Assembly: GCA_963786955.1 (NCBI GenBank)
Contig: CAWBAT010000003.1
Coordinates: 192,001-256,000, forward strand
DNA from: an uncultured Acidimicrobiia bacterium
Lineage (GTDB): Bacteria > Acidobacteriota > Terriglobia > Versatilivoradales > Versatilivoraceae
DNA length: 64,000 nucleotides
Direction of reading: 5' to 3'
The notes under the pieces are model-generated. The model did no database searches. It was not told the origin of the DNA and saw only the letters and a program-made list of their open reading frames with translations. A program made the position numbers and the translations under genes. Position 1 is the stretch's first letter. Each line of letters begins with the position of its first letter. This document shows positions 43,591-53,821 of the stretch, one piece after another.

Positions 43591-46449
43591 ATGCTGACGG
43601 GAAAATACCAGGAACTTTATCAAGCGCTCTCTTCTGCCATTCCCACGGAACGGCTCATTCATGACCCTCTCCGGACACTGGCTTATGGGACAGACGCCAG
43701 TTTCTATCGGCTCATCCCGAACCTGGTGGTGAAGGCTGAATCGGAGGAAGAACTCTTAGCCGTGATGAGGGCATGCCGCTTGCTGCAGATCCCGTTTACA
43801 TTCCGAGCGGCCGGGACCAGCCTGTCGGGGCAGTCCATCAGTGACTCGGTGCTGGTGATGCCAGGCAGCGGTTGGAAAGGAATCTGGATCAGCCCGGACG
43901 GCACCCAGATCAGGCTGCAGCCAGGAGTGATCGGTACTCATGCGAATATCCGTCTGCTCCCGTACGAACGCAAGATCGGTCCCGACCCCGCTTCGATCAA
44001 TTCCGCCATGATCGGAGGCATTGCGGCGAACAATTCCAGCGGGATGTGCTGTGGGACGGCACAGAATAGCTACAACACGGTGGCCTCGATGAGAATGATC
44101 TTCGTCGATGGATCGGTGCTGGATACCGGCAGCCTGGAAAGCAGAAGGCAGTTTGCCGAGACTCATCCCGGGATGATGGACCTTGTTCGGGACTTGTCGG
44201 AGCGGACCAGAAAGAATTCTGATCTGGCAGCGCGGATTCGCCGCAAATTCAAAATGAAGAACACCACCGGGTACAGCCTCAACGCCCTGGTCGACTTTGA
44301 GGATCCAATCGACATCATCACCCATCTCATGATTGGGTCAGAGGGGACACTTGGTTTTATCTCTGAGATTACCTACCACACGGTGCCGGATCACCCTTTT
44401 AAGGCAACGAGTCTCATGCTTTTCCCGGATATTAAGACGGCCTGTGAAGCAACCATCCTGCTGAAAAGCCGTCCGGTCGCCGCCGTTGAAATCATGGACC
44501 GCGCCAGTCTCCGTTCCGTGGAGGCGAAACCTGGAATGCCGGTTTATCTTAAGAACCTGGAAGCTGCTGTCGCTGCCCTGCTGGTGGAAACTCGAGCGGA
44601 GTCTGCTTCAATACTCGAGCAGCAAGTGGGAGAGATCCGACAATGTCTCTCAGAATTGCCTACGGTGCTCCCTCTCGCCTTTACGCAGGACAAAAAGGAG
44701 TACACCGAGCTTTGGAACATTCGCAAAGGATTATTTCCCTCGATTGGTGCGATTCGACAAGTAGGAACAACTGTCATCATTGAAGATGTCGCTTTCCCCG
44801 TCGAGCGGCTTGCTCAGGCAACCCTCGATCTGCAAGGCCTCTTCGAAAAACATGGTTATTCGGAGGCGATTATCTTCGGCCACGCCTTGGAGGGGAATCT
44901 TCATTTTGTGTTCACCCAGGACTTCAATCGCCAGGAGGAAGTGGAACGCTATCGGAGATTTCTGGATGACTTAACACGTCTCGTGGTTGAGGACTACGAT
45001 GGATCGCTCAAGGCGGAGCACGGGACCGGGCGAAACATGGCGCCCTTTGTCGAACTGGAGTGGGGCAGGGAAGCCTACGATCTTATGAAAGAGATTAAGC
45101 AGATTTTTGATCCAGACAATCTCTTGAATCCCGGCGTCATTCTCAATGGGGATGCTTCGATCCATGTCAAAAACCTGAAGCCGCTCCCCCAGGCGCATCC
45201 GATCATCGACAAATGCATCGAATGCGGTTTTTGCGAAATGAATTGCCCATCGCGCGACCTCAGTTTAACTCCCAGACAGCGGATTGTTGTGTGGCGCGAA
45301 GTGTCGCATCTGAGAGCGACCGGAGAGAACCCGGCCCGGCTGGCGGAGTTGAAACAAATCTTTTCGTATCAGGGAGAGCAGACCTGCGCGACCGACGGGC
45401 TGTGTGCCACGAGTTGTCCGGTCAATATTGACACGGGGAGATTGATCAAAGAGCTCAGAGCGCTCGATCATTCAGCACTGGCAGACACTGTAGCGACCAT
45501 GCTTGCCAAACACATGGGGGCGGTGACCTCCGGGATGCGGGGGGTTCTGAATCTGGCGGACTGGACGCATGCCTTGATTGGAACTCAAGCGATGTCTCGA
45601 TTGACTTCAGGCCTCAGGAAATTCTCCGGAAATCGAATACCCCAATGGAATCCCTACCTGCCGCGCGCCGCCGGACGCATCAGTTCGGTGTTGGGAAATC
45701 CAGAGAATCCGTTGAAAGTCGTCTATTTCCCCAGCTGCATCAGTCGAACTTTAGGATTGGCTCGCTCCAGTCCCGAATTGGAATCACAGAACGGGAGAAT
45801 TGATTCCCTGCTGCGCAAAGCCGGCTATGAGGTGATCTATCCTTCCAGGCTGTCTGGATTGTGTTGCGGGATGGCCTTTGCCAGCAAAGGGTTCACCCGA
45901 CAGGGTGATGCCAAAGCCGCTGAATTGGCCGCTGCCCTGCGAGAAGCCGCTGAGGGAGACCGTTATCCGATTCTCTTTGATACGAGCCCTTGCTTGTACC
46001 GGATCAAAGAAGTTTTGGCGACACCGACCCAACTCAATCTTTTCGGCCCGGTGGAATTTGTTCAGAAATTCCTTAAGTCGAGACTCCATTTTAGAAAAAT
46101 TCCGGGCACGGTGGCAGTTCACGCAACCTGCAGTTCACGAAAGATGAGCCAAGAGGAGAGAATTCAGGAAGTGGCTGAATCGTGTGCGGAAACGGTGATC
46201 CTTCCGGAAACGGTGGGCTGTTGCGGGTTTGCAGGGGATCGCGGCTTTAGCATACCGGAACTGACTGCCTCGGCGCTCCACCGGCTAAAAGAATCCTTGC
46301 CGGATGGCTGCCAGACCGGGTATTCGACCAGCAAGACTTGCGAAATTGGCCTTTCACTCCATAGCGGCATGAATTATCAATCGATTCTAGTTTTAGTGGA
46401 TCAGTGCACCGAGCCGTTGGACCCCAAGTTGGTAGGGCGCGCTCGCTGA
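43591..46449 (+). CDS. FAD- and Fe-S-binding D-lactate dehydrogenase (Dld-II type)
   Basis: AYGTDASFYRL, FRAAGTSLSGQ, KAEHGTGRNMAPF, CIECGFCEMNCP, CATDGLCATSCP, CCG domains. Confidence 0.9.
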   Translation: MLTGKYQELYQALSSAIPTERLIHDPLRTLAYGTDASFYRLIPNLVVKAESEEELLAVMRACRLLQIPFTFRAAGTSLSGQSISDSVLVMPGSGWKGIWISPDGTQIRLQPGVIGTHANIRLLPYERKIGPDPASINSAMIGGIAANNSSGMCCGTAQNSYNTVASMRMIFVDGSVLDTGSLESRRQFAETHPGMMDLVRDLSERTRKNSDLAARIRRKFKMKNTTGYSLNALVDFEDPIDIITHLMIGSEGTLGFISEITYHTVPDHPFKATSLMLFPDIKTACEATILLKSRPVAAVEIMDRASLRSVEAKPGMPVYLKNLEAAVAALLVETRAESASILEQQVGEIRQCLSELPTVLPLAFTQDKKEYTELWNIRKGLFPSIGAIRQVGTTVIIEDVAFPVERLAQATLDLQGLFEKHGYSEAIIFGHALEGNLHFVFTQDFNRQEEVERYRRFLDDLTRLVVEDYDGSLKAEHGTGRNMAPFVELEWGREAYDLMKEIKQIFDPDNLLNPGVILNGDASIHVKNLKPLPQAHPIIDKCIECGFCEMNCPSRDLSLTPRQRIVVWREVSHLRATGENPARLAELKQIFSYQGEQTCATDGLCATSCPVNIDTGRLIKELRALDHSALADTVATMLAKHMGAVTSGMRGVLNLADWTHALIGTQAMSRLTSGLRKFSGNRIPQWNPYLPRAAGRISSVLGNPENPLKVVYFPSCISRTLGLARSSPELESQNGRIDSLLRKAGYEVIYPSRLSGLCCGMAFASKGFTRQGDAKAAELAAALREAAEGDRYPILFDTSPCLYRIKEVLATPTQLNLFGPVEFVQKFLKSRLHFRKIPGTVAVHATCSSRKMSQEERIQEVAESCAETVILPETVGCCGFAGDRGFSIPELTASALHRLKESLPDGCQTGYSTSKTCEIGLSLHSGMNYQSILVLVDQCTEPLDPKLVGRAR

Positions 46450-46600
46450 GCGCGCCGCTGGAATTTAGAATTTGTGCAGGCCAGAGGCCCGCACCACAAC
46501 CTTGTGGTGCAGGCGTCCCGCCTGCCTCCAGTGCATTGCCGGATTCGTGGGCTTTATCCGTAGAACTTGTAGGTAGGGCGCCCTCGCCGACGTCCCATAG
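46432..46600. repeat. GTAG-type REP-like palindromes overlapping the dld stop
   Basis: GTAGGGCGCGCTCGCTGAGCGCGCC, GCAGGCGTCCCGCCTGC and GTAGGGCGCCCTCGCCGACGTCCC; the first recurs at 53275. Confidence 0.7.
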
Positions 46601-46611
46601 GAGCGAGAATC

Positions 46612-47215
46612 CTCTCGCCAAGGCGCGAAGGACGCCAAGAAAGGATTAAAACGGATAGGTTAGATTATTGTAGACGCATCTGTTTTAGTTTTGCTCAGAA
46701 TAAAGCCCGCGGGTGTTGCATACAATAAACTGTTGTGTACAGGCTCGGGGACGGAGAGGGAGAAAACCCATTGGATCTTTGCGCTCTTGGCGTCTTGGCG
46801 AGATGGCGTTACCTTTCATTTTGTTCAATCTGTGATATTCCAGCCGGAAGGAATCTGAAGCCAAATGGGCTGAAGATTGGGAATTTAGCAGCGCTTGCGC
46901 GGCGCGATGGTGCTCTGGGAGCGCGGGCATCTTGCCCGCAGACGTTACCGAAAATAGAGGTTTCTCTCGCCAAGGCGCATAAGGACGCCAAGATAAGGAT
47001 TAGAACGGATAGGTTAAATTGTTGTAGATGCATCTGTTTTAGTTTTGCTCAGAATGAAGCCTGCGGGTGTTGCATACAATAAACTGTGTACAGACTCGGG
47101 GACGGATAGGGAGAGAACCCATTGGATCTTTGCGCTCTTGGCGTCTTGGCGAGATGGCGTTACCTTTCATTTTGTTCAATCTGTGATATTTCCAGCCGGA
47201 AGGATTCTGGAGCCA
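46612..47215 (+). mobile_element. Two ~250-bp direct copies of a MITE/REPIN-like unit with CGCCAAG-family terminal inverted repeats
   Basis: Units 46612-46863 and 46964-47215; each begins CTCTCGCCAAGGCGC..AAGGACGCCAAGA and has the inverted TCTTTGCGCTCTTGGCGTCTTGGCGAGA ~190 bp downstream. Confidence 0.8.
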
Positions 47216-47236
47216 GATAGGCCGAAACCGTTGAAA

Positions 47237-48493
47237 TCAATCCCATGATGGCCAGGTAAGCTGCCACGGCCGTTGCGCCGAATCCGCGAGCAATGCCGTC
47301 GCGATCAGCGGGGCGATTCCCCCGGACAGCACCGAGCTGAGCTGGTAGGTTAGCGAAGTACCCGTGTAACGCACCCGCGGCCCGAACAATTCAGACAAAA
47401 ACGCGGCTTGTGGACCGTACATCAAGTCATGTCCGACGTTGACGACGAGAATGATCGCGACGGCCATCAGCACCGGAGAACGTGAATTGAGGAGCCAGAA
47501 AAAGGGGTAGGCAAAAAACAGAATAAAGAGAGCACCCGCGAGATAGAGCGGACGGCGTCCCACACGATCCGAGAGAGCCGCGTAGCCGGGAACGGTGAAC
47601 AAACCAATGATGGCGGAAAGGATTACCCCGACCAGAGGAATACTTCGGGGAAGGCCGAGATGACTCTCCGAATAACTCAGGACAAAGACTGTGGCCAGGT
47701 AAAAGGAACCGTTCTCGGCGATCCTCATGCCCGTGCCCAGTAGCACGATTCGCGGATAGTTGCGAAACAGCTCGATGATGGGGAATGCAGACTCAGCTTG
47801 ATTTTCTTTCAACTTCTCAAAGACGGGTGATTCCAGGATTTTGAGGCGAACGAAAAGGCCAACCCCGATCAATACAAAGCTCAGCAGAAATGGAATTCTC
47901 CAGCCCCATGCGATGAATTGAGATTCGGAGAGGAAGGACGAGAGCAAGGCAAAAACGCCTGTTGATAGAAGCAATCCGGCTGAAACACCCATCTGGGGCC
48001 AGCTTCCATAAAAGCCGCGTTTCCCTTCGCTCGCATGTTCAACCGCCATCAAGACGGCCCCTCCCCATTCCCCGCCAACTCCAATGCCTTGGGCAAATCG
48101 CAGGACAACGAGCAGAATGGGCGCCAGAACTCCAACCGAGTGGTAGGTGGGAATAACCCCAATCAGAAAGGTGGCAATCCCCATGATGAGCAAGGAATAC
48201 ACGAGCATTGACTTGCGTCCGATTTTATCGCCGTAGTGGCCGAAGAGCACTCCGCCTACAGGGCGCGCCACGAAACCGACGGCAAAGGTCCCGAAGGCCG
48301 ATAACGTGCCAGCTAGAGGATTGACCATCGGAAAGAAAAGTTTATTGAAAACAAGCGCGGCGGCCGTCCCGTACAGGAAGAAGTCATACCATTCGATGCT
48401 GGTCCCGATGAAACTAGCCAAAATGACTTGGCGGATGGAGGACGTTTCTGGGAGCGCGGGCGTCCCGCCCGCAAATGTTTGCCATGGTTTCAT
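47237..48493 (-). CDS. MFS metabolite:H+ symporter (MHS/ShiA-like)
   Basis: GTSIEWYDFFLYG, GDKIGRK, GVGGEWGGA, WGWRIPFL, SDRVGRRP; the last TM segment is probably lost to a frameshift. Confidence 0.92.
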   Translation of the reverse strand: MKPWQTFAGGTPALPETSSIRQVILASFIGTSIEWYDFFLYGTAAALVFNKLFFPMVNPLAGTLSAFGTFAVGFVARPVGGVLFGHYGDKIGRKSMLVYSLLIMGIATFLIGVIPTYHSVGVLAPILLVVLRFAQGIGVGGEWGGAVLMAVEHASEGKRGFYGSWPQMGVSAGLLLSTGVFALLSSFLSESQFIAWGWRIPFLLSFVLIGVGLFVRLKILESPVFEKLKENQAESAFPIIELFRNYPRIVLLGTGMRIAENGSFYLATVFVLSYSESHLGLPRSIPLVGVILSAIIGLFTVPGYAALSDRVGRRPLYLAGALFILFFAYPFFWLLNSRSPVLMAVAIILVVNVGHDLMYGPQAAFLSELFGPRVRYTGTSLTYQLSSVLSGGIAPLIATALLADSAQRPWQLTWPSWD

Positions 48494-48567
48494 GGACCGG
48501 GATGCTAGCTCTTGACCTAAGCAGTTTAGGAGTTTAAGTGGATTGTGTAAAATAAAAGAATTGAAAC

Positions 48568-48722
48568 TTTTCTGGATGCCGGAAATGGCAAAAGAATATT
48601 TTGATCGTTTTATTCGAGACTCCGGGCATTTTGAGAATGCTAAGGACTACATCCATGAGAATCCAGTAAAGGCTGGTTTATTTGCAAAGGCTGAGGACTG
48701 GGAATTTGCCAGCGCTCGCCGC
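48568..48722 (+). pseudogene. 3' remnant of a RAYT/IS200-like tyrosine transposase
   Basis: FW...EYFDRFIRDSGHFENAKDYIHENPVKAGL..KAEDWEFASA; no HUH N-terminal part. Confidence 0.75.
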
Positions 48723-48745
48723 AGCGCGCCCGAAAAAGAGAATCT

Positions 48746-48921
48746 TCTCGCCAAGGCGCAGAGACCGCCAAGCAAGAACAGGATGAAGATCAGATTCATT
48801 GGGTCCTCTTGGAAAAAGGTTTAGTATACCTATAGAGAAATTAATTAATAGATGGAATTGCCCCGATCGTCAGCTGGTTGTCGATGAGTACCAGGGCCTT
48901 TGCGCTCTTGGCGGCTTGAGA
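48746..48921 (+). mobile_element. Degenerate CGCCAAG-family MITE-like unit
   Basis: TCTCGCCAAGGCGCAGAGACCGCCAAG ... CTTTGCGCTCTTGGCGGCTTGAGA inverted pair. Confidence 0.6.
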
Positions 48922-49013
48922 TTAGAGAATCCTCTCGACAACGTTTGGCATGAGAGATTCTTAATACTAAAGGTGACGCCAATCACAGCCTTCGGGGCCA
49001 TTTGCCGTTCGTT

Positions 49014-50367
49014 TCATTTCTTGATGGCTCGTATCTCTGTAGCGCGCTTCTCCAGCGCATCCGCCTCTTCAGTGCGATTGGTCAACCGATAAAGTAAAGC
49101 GATATTCTCTAAGGATGTGGCCACATCCGGATGGTCCGGGCCGAGGGCCTTCTCCCGGATCTGCCAGCGAGCGTTTGAAGAGAGGCTCGGCCGGTGCGTA
49201 CTGGCCTTCCAATTGGTACAGCGTCGCGAGGTTGTTCAGGCTCATGGCCACATCGGGATGGTCCGGGCCGAGGGTCTTCTCCTTGATTGCGAGCGAGCGC
49301 TTGTAGAGCGGCTCGGCCTGTGCGTACCGGCCTTGCGACTGGTACAGCTCCGCTAGGTTGTTCAGGTCCGTTGCCACGCCAAGGTGATTGGGACCAAGTA
49401 CTTTCTCGTCAATCGCCAACGAGCGTTTGAAGAGCGGTTCGGCCTTGTCATAATGGAATTGGCTTCGCTGCACCGCCGCGAGGTTGTTCAAGCAGATGGC
49501 CACGTCGGGATGTTCCGGGCCGAGAGCCTTTTCTGTGATTGCCAGAGAGCGTTCGAAAAGCGGCTCGGCCTGTGCGAACTGGCCTTGCGAATGGTACAGC
49601 GCGGCGAGATTGTTCAGGCAGGCGGCCACATCGGGATGGTCCGGGCCGAGAGACTTCTCCGTGATTGCCAGCGAGCGTTTGTAAAGCGGCTCAGCCTGTG
49701 CATATTGGCTTTGCGAATGGTACAGCTTCGCGAGGTTGTTTAAGCTGATAGCCACTTCGGGATGGTCCGCGCCGAAGGCCTTCTCCAGGATTGCCAGCGA
49801 GCGTTTGTAGAGCGGCTCGGCCAGCGCATACTGGTTTTGGTGTCTGTACAGCTCCGCGAGGTTGTTCAGGCTGGTGGCCACGTCGGGATGGTCTGGGCCG
49901 AGAGCCTTCTCCCGGATCGAGAGTGAGCGTTTGAAGAGTTGCTCGGCCTCCGCGTACTGGCCTAGCGAATGGTACAATTCGGCGAGGTTGTTGAGGCTTG
50001 TGGCTACATCGGGATGGTCCGGGCCAAGGGCTTTCTCAGAGATCGCTAGCGAGCGCTTAAAGAGCGGCTCGGCCTGCGCGTATTGGCCTTGCGAAGAGTA
50101 AAGCATCGCGAGGTTGTTCAGGCTCCTAGCCACAATGGGATGGTTTACTCCGTAATTTTTCTCGGCGACCTCGAGCGCCTTTTTCGCAACGATCACGGCA
50201 CGATCATATTCTCCATTTTGATAGAGCGACATCAGTTCCTGATTGAGAATTTCCCACTCGCCGCCAGTCTGTTGTGAGAATGCGGGGAGGGAACTCAGCA
50301 GGAGCAGTCCAACTGTTCCAATTCTTTGGAATATCACCGAATGCACACTGAAAGAGCAGGTTCTCAT
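49014..50367 (-). CDS. Secreted TPR protein (kinesin-light-chain-type repeats); frameshift near 49160
   Basis: About nine near-identical 42-aa repeats AEPL.KRSLAI.EKALGPDHPDVA.SLNNLA.LY after a signal peptide. Confidence 0.9.
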
Positions 50368-50436
50368 GAGGATATATTTTACGGCACGACTTGCTGGCAC
50401 GGGATGAGGATGGTAGTAATGCTGGTTGTCACGAAA

Positions 50437-50906
50437 AATCCCCTCCTATTTTAGGAGGGGGTTAGGGGGTGGTAACGCCTGTCCTTCGCACCTAAGATCT
50501 GACGTTCAGTTAAGCTTGTTCGAATGGTCTCCAAAACCCCCTGAACATTATCCAACACGGCTCTGTTCTCAAAACGTAGTACTCGTACGTTAAGTTTAGA
50601 CAAATAAGCCGTTCGTCGGGAATCGTATTCCGCTTTGAATGAGTTGAAGTGACCTTCGCCGTCCAGCTCGATAGCAAGTCTGCACTCCGGGCAGAAAAAA
50701 TCCACAATGTAGCTCCCAATACTGTGTTGCCGGCGAAACTTCATCCCCTCTAGCTGCGAGCGTTGTAGGTTCTTCCAGAGAATAGCCTCTGCAGGAGTGA
50801 GTGAGTTTCGCAGAGATTTGCGTCTGGATTTCAGTGATTTGAGGTTATGGATTGGCATGTAGAACTTTACCACCCCCTGGCCCCCTCCTAAAATAGGAGG
50901 GGAATT
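50437..50906 (-). mobile_element. DUF559 cassette bounded by ~38-bp inverted repeats
   Basis: AATCCCCTCCTATTTTAGGAGGGGGTTAGGGGGTGGTA (50437-50474) is the near reverse complement of TACCACCCCCTGGCCCCCTCCTAAAATAGGAGGGGAATT (50868-50906). Confidence 0.7.
50451..50858 (-). CDS. DUF559 (Vsr-like) endonuclease-domain protein
   Basis: LRNSLTPAEAILW..L, KFRRQHSIGSYIVDFFC, LAIELDGEGH, VLRFEN. Confidence 0.92.
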   Translation of the reverse strand: MPIHNLKSLKSRRKSLRNSLTPAEAILWKNLQRSQLEGMKFRRQHSIGSYIVDFFCPECRLAIELDGEGHFNSFKAEYDSRRTAYLSKLNVRVLRFENRAVLDNVQGVLETIRTSLTERQILGAKDRRYHPLTPS

Positions 50907-50987
50907 AGATGACGGACCAGCCTGGTCTTAGCAAACTTGCAGAAGGAGTTTGCCACCCCTTGCCCTCTTCTAAGTAGGCGGGGAGAA

Positions 50988-52673
50988 TCAGCTCGGCTCT
51001 TGAACACTCAAATATTGGTTGGCCTTCAAGTTTTTAAGAACCTGAACTTTTCCACAAGGCCAGGTGATAACAACCTGATCCACGGCAGGGCAGTTCCCCA
51101 ATCCAAAATGCACGCGCGGGTCATTTCTGGAAATATAGCTGCCACCATTTCGTACTGTATCCATCTGTTTCTTACCACACTGTTCAATTTCAACTTTTGC
51201 CCCGATAGCGTCTCGATTGCAACCCTTTCCCTTTAACTTGAACGCCATCCAAGAATTATCAGATGTCGCCAGGTTTTCTAATAGAAGTGGACGGCCTTCT
51301 ATCGGGAGCACAACCAAATCCATCTTGCCATCATTATTATAGTCCGCAGCGGCTCCCCCGCGGTAGGAGTTGTGATAAGGGAGCGGGGGGGTCGGGAAAA
51401 ACTTTGCTTCACGATTCTCGAATATGGCGACGGGTTGCAGGTAACTCGTGCTGCCGAGCTTGTCCGCTTCTGGATAGACATGGCCGTTGGCTGTCCAGAG
51501 ATCTTTATCCCCATCGTTATCGAAATCTGTAAAGCCGCATCCCCACCCGAGTAAAGGAAGAGTGATGATTCGCAGGCCAGCACTTAACGATATATCCTCA
51601 TAGAACCCAGGGGTCTTTTGGTGAAATAATGGGAAATAATCTTCGGAAAAAGTGGTGACCAGAAGGTCGATTTTCCCGTCATTGTCATAGTCTCCGACGG
51701 CGACCCCCATATTGGTCTGAGCACGGCCATCTGCATTCAGGGCCACGCCACTGTCGAGCGCGTCCTCTTTAAAGGTACCGTCACCCAGATTGCGATAAAG
51801 GTAATTGGGACAAGAGTCATTCGCTACAAAGATGTCCAATTTGCCATCCCCGTTAAAGTCGTCAAAGACTGCACTGAAACCGTAATACCCAGCGGAGTCG
51901 GTTACCCCGGCTTCATGGGTCACTTCCTTGAAGGTGCCGTCACCATTATTGCGATAGAGAAGATCCGCTTCTCCTTTTAAGCCTCGCGGCCCGCAGAAGC
52001 CTGAGATCCCATTATACCGACAAACCGGAGGTTTTGCAGGCAGCGCCAGCGCCTTGATATCGACATATCCCGCTATGTAAAGATCCAAGTTCCCATCGCC
52101 GTCATAATCTCCAAAGGCGCTTCCCGTGTGCCAAGATACCTGCTGTTTTAGCCCTGCGGATTTCCCCAGTTCCGAAAATGTTCCATCGTGATTGTTCCTG
52201 AAGAGAAGATCGACTCCAATCGTGGTGATGAGGATATCCACAAATCCATCATTGTCATAGTCGGCTGCGTTCGCCCCCGTACCCCAATAAGGGTTGAAAA
52301 TTCCTGCCTTTGTGGTGACATCTTGAAAGTGACCGTTCCCGAGGTTCCGGTAAAGATAAACCCCTTCCTTTTGGGGCTGTGGCGCGGATCCGGACAAGGT
52401 CTTCCGCAATTCTTCCAAGTTTGAACCATTGACAACTAATAAGTCCATCCAACCATCATTGTCATAGTCCAACCAGGCAGCCCCGCTCCCATTTGCATCA
52501 AAAATCCACGGTTTGTCTGATGCCCCGCATCGCATTGAGGCCATGATCCCAGAAGCAGCGGCGACGTCCTGGAGACTGATTTCGCTGTTTTGGCTATTCG
52601 AATTAGGGAACTGATTTTGAGAGCTTAGCAATGGCAGTATTAGGAATAATAGAATTAAGAGGGCACGAGTCAT
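50988..52673 (-). CDS. CRTAC1-family FG-GAP/ASPIC-UnbV protein
   Basis: GSGAAWLDYDNDG, DYDGDG, DFNGDG, MGVAVGDYDNDG, NRDAIGAKV...HFGLG. Confidence 0.92.
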   Translation of the reverse strand: MTRALLILLFLILPLLSSQNQFPNSNSQNSEISLQDVAAASGIMASMRCGASDKPWIFDANGSGAAWLDYDNDGWMDLLVVNGSNLEELRKTLSGSAPQPQKEGVYLYRNLGNGHFQDVTTKAGIFNPYWGTGANAADYDNDGFVDILITTIGVDLLFRNNHDGTFSELGKSAGLKQQVSWHTGSAFGDYDGDGNLDLYIAGYVDIKALALPAKPPVCRYNGISGFCGPRGLKGEADLLYRNNGDGTFKEVTHEAGVTDSAGYYGFSAVFDDFNGDGKLDIFVANDSCPNYLYRNLGDGTFKEDALDSGVALNADGRAQTNMGVAVGDYDNDGKIDLLVTTFSEDYFPLFHQKTPGFYEDISLSAGLRIITLPLLGWGCGFTDFDNDGDKDLWTANGHVYPEADKLGSTSYLQPVAIFENREAKFFPTPPLPYHNSYRGGAAADYNNDGKMDLVVLPIEGRPLLLENLATSDNSWMAFKLKGKGCNRDAIGAKVEIEQCGKKQMDTVRNGGSYISRNDPRVHFGLGNCPAVDQVVITWPCGKVQVLKNLKANQYLSVQEPS

Positions 52674-52744
52674 GGGTTATCCAGAATTTCCATTATGAAT
52701 TTTCCGACGGACACAAGTACATAAGTTGCAAAAATTCGCGCTAA

Positions 52745-53345
52745 TTGTTGTAGCCGGGGTCGTTGACCCCGGGCCTAAATAGCGGGGCCAGCTACAATAC
52801 GGACTCCTGCAAGTAAGTGCTAGTATATACCAAACCGAGATGAGAAGGTAATCTGGGACCGCGGGCATCCTGCCCGCAGTCAATGAAAGATAACCACGGG
52901 AGACACGGGGCTTTTCACTTGCAAAAGTAGAATAACCGCAGATAAACGCAGATTAATACATGGAAAATGAGAAATGAGCGATGAACAATTGGAAATGGGG
53001 CAATTGCGGCAAGGGGGGCGGCGGTCCAAAGCAAGGGGTGAAGAAATTGAGAGCTCCGTAGGGAACGGACGCTGTTCCGTTCCTTTGTAGAGTGTTGAAA
53101 CCATTGGAATTTAGTGCTCCTTGGAAACAAGGAACGCACCAGCGAGCGTTCCCTACAACTAGTTCCACAATTTTTTCATGCCTTTCCCCATCTGAGATCA
53201 ATTATTGCGGCCTGAACCCTCGCCTCGCCCCCAAACAAAAATTGTTATGCGTTAGTTGTCGGGGGAATTTCTGGTAGGGCGCGCTCGCCGAGCGCGCCGC
53301 GGACGGCCCGGCGGTCCGTCCCTACCCACTCAGCCGCTACAAAAG
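52745..53345. repeat. Mosaic of different REP-like palindromes
   Basis: GTAGCCGGGGTCGTTGACCCCGG; GGGACCGCGGGCATCCTGCCCGC; ACCGCAGATAAACGCAGAT; GTAGGGAACGGACGCTGTTCCGTTCC with inverted GGAACGCACCAGCGAGCGTTCCCTAC; GTAGGGCGCGCTCGCCGAGCGCGCC; GGACGGCCCGGCGGTCCGTCCCTAC. Confidence 0.75.
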
Positions 53346-53429
53346 CGACAATCTCAAATCGTCACCGAAGGCCTTGCCCTTACAGATTTCCCCCCGTAAC
53401 TAACGCATTACAAAAATTCGATAAAAGTA

Positions 53430-53457
53430 TTGACAATTTCCTGGCATTGGGTTTAAT
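53430..53457 (+). promoter_or_regulatory. Candidate sigma70 promoter upstream of the TonB-dependent receptor
   Basis: TTGACA-N16-TTTAAT in an AT-rich intergenic region. Confidence 0.35.
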
Positions 53458-53804
53458 GTTTGCCTTCCCGTGACGTTTCCATGATAAATGTTTGAGAAAT
53501 CCTCTCGGAAGTTTCTTTTTTCCGTTACGTAGTAATTGCAGTGAAGCCTGTTTAATCGGTTGACGTGAAATTGACCATTTACTCCAAAGGCTCTGAATGT
53601 TCGCTTCATCAAATTAAGTCTTTTGAGGGGTGTTTCGGTCGAGCCAGACGCGTCAAATAAAACGAATTTTCGTAATCATATTCGAGACTTCGTATAAATT
53701 GAGTGTTTTACAGATTTCCGATCTACTGGATTAAACTGATTATTTTGTTTTTAAGTCACTTTTTATCATTAGTTTACAATTATTTAAATCGATGATTAAT
53801 GAAT

Positions 53805-53821
53805 CTGGCAATGCGATTGCA
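53805..53821 (+). promoter_or_regulatory. Putative sigma54 promoter upstream of the TonB-dependent receptor
   Basis: CTGGCAATGCGATTGCA (GG-N10-GC) after an AT-rich tract, ~200 bp before ATG 54027. Confidence 0.55.

Noticed and set aside
49115-50277. Repetitive plus-strand ORFs (ATSGWSGPRAFS...)
   Set aside because: Antisense shadows of the 126-bp TPR repeats of the minus-strand gene.
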